Assembly (NCBI GenBank): GCA_902551215.1
Contig: CACDCI010000001.1
Location: forward strand, 6,384-70,383
Source of the DNA: an uncultured Pelagibacteraceae bacterium
Lineage (GTDB): Bacteria; Pseudomonadota; Alphaproteobacteria; Pelagibacterales; Pelagibacteraceae
DNA: 64,000 bases
Reading direction: 5' to 3'
The position numbers and the translations under genes are program-made. Position 1 is the stretch's first letter. Every line of letters begins with the position of its first letter. Positions 63,985 through 64,000 of the stretch are shown piece after piece. Below the pieces are notes generated by a model. It saw only the letters and a program-made list of their open reading frames with translations, had not been told where the DNA came from and ran no database searches.

Positions 63985-64000
63985 CCTTTTAATTTATTTA
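63981..64000 (-). CDS. nuoK: Probable 3' end of NADH-quinone oxidoreductase subunit K
   Basis: ...NKLKG-TGA, with the stop overlapping the nuoL ATGA. Inferred mainly from gene order; only a few codons are visible. Confidence 0.55.

Overview
This is a very AT-rich, densely packed alphaproteobacterial chromosome segment whose gene content and streamlining point to SAR11 (Pelagibacterales). It is almost entirely core genome, mostly on the - strand. In order it holds: phoR-pstS-pstC with Pho-box-like repeats, a BASS transporter, a shortened ManC, ilvD, valS, tRNA-Cys/Asn, an XRE regulator, the aapJQMP amino-acid ABC transporter, tRNA-Arg, ntrYX-trkAH, ispDF-pgpA-cinA, tpiA-secG-pyrG-kdsA-eno-ftsB-lipA-ratA, ppiD-trpEGDC-lexA-gltX, the rpsB-tsf-frr-uppS-cdsA-dxr-bamA-skp-lpx cluster, and nuoK(end)LMN-birA-coaX-rnj-proS-lolCD-dnaE. 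I saw no mobile elements, CRISPR arrays or prophage. The best leads are: (1) a small Fe(II)/2-oxoglutarate dioxygenase-like gene inserted between lpxA and lpxI and translationally coupled to lpxI, a candidate lipid A/Kdo-modifying enzyme; (2) a pyrG promoter with a T6-C7-C8-A9(UG) initial sequence that could sense CTP by switching start sites into a leaderless mRNA; (3) clean absence of pyrH and rseP from their conserved cluster; (4) variant TGTAAC Pho boxes and a terminator-plus-internal-promoter layout after both solute-binding-protein genes. lpxD and nuoL each carry a 1-nt frameshift in a homopolymer run, most likely sequencing error. All protein calls come from motif recognition and gene order; no database search was run.
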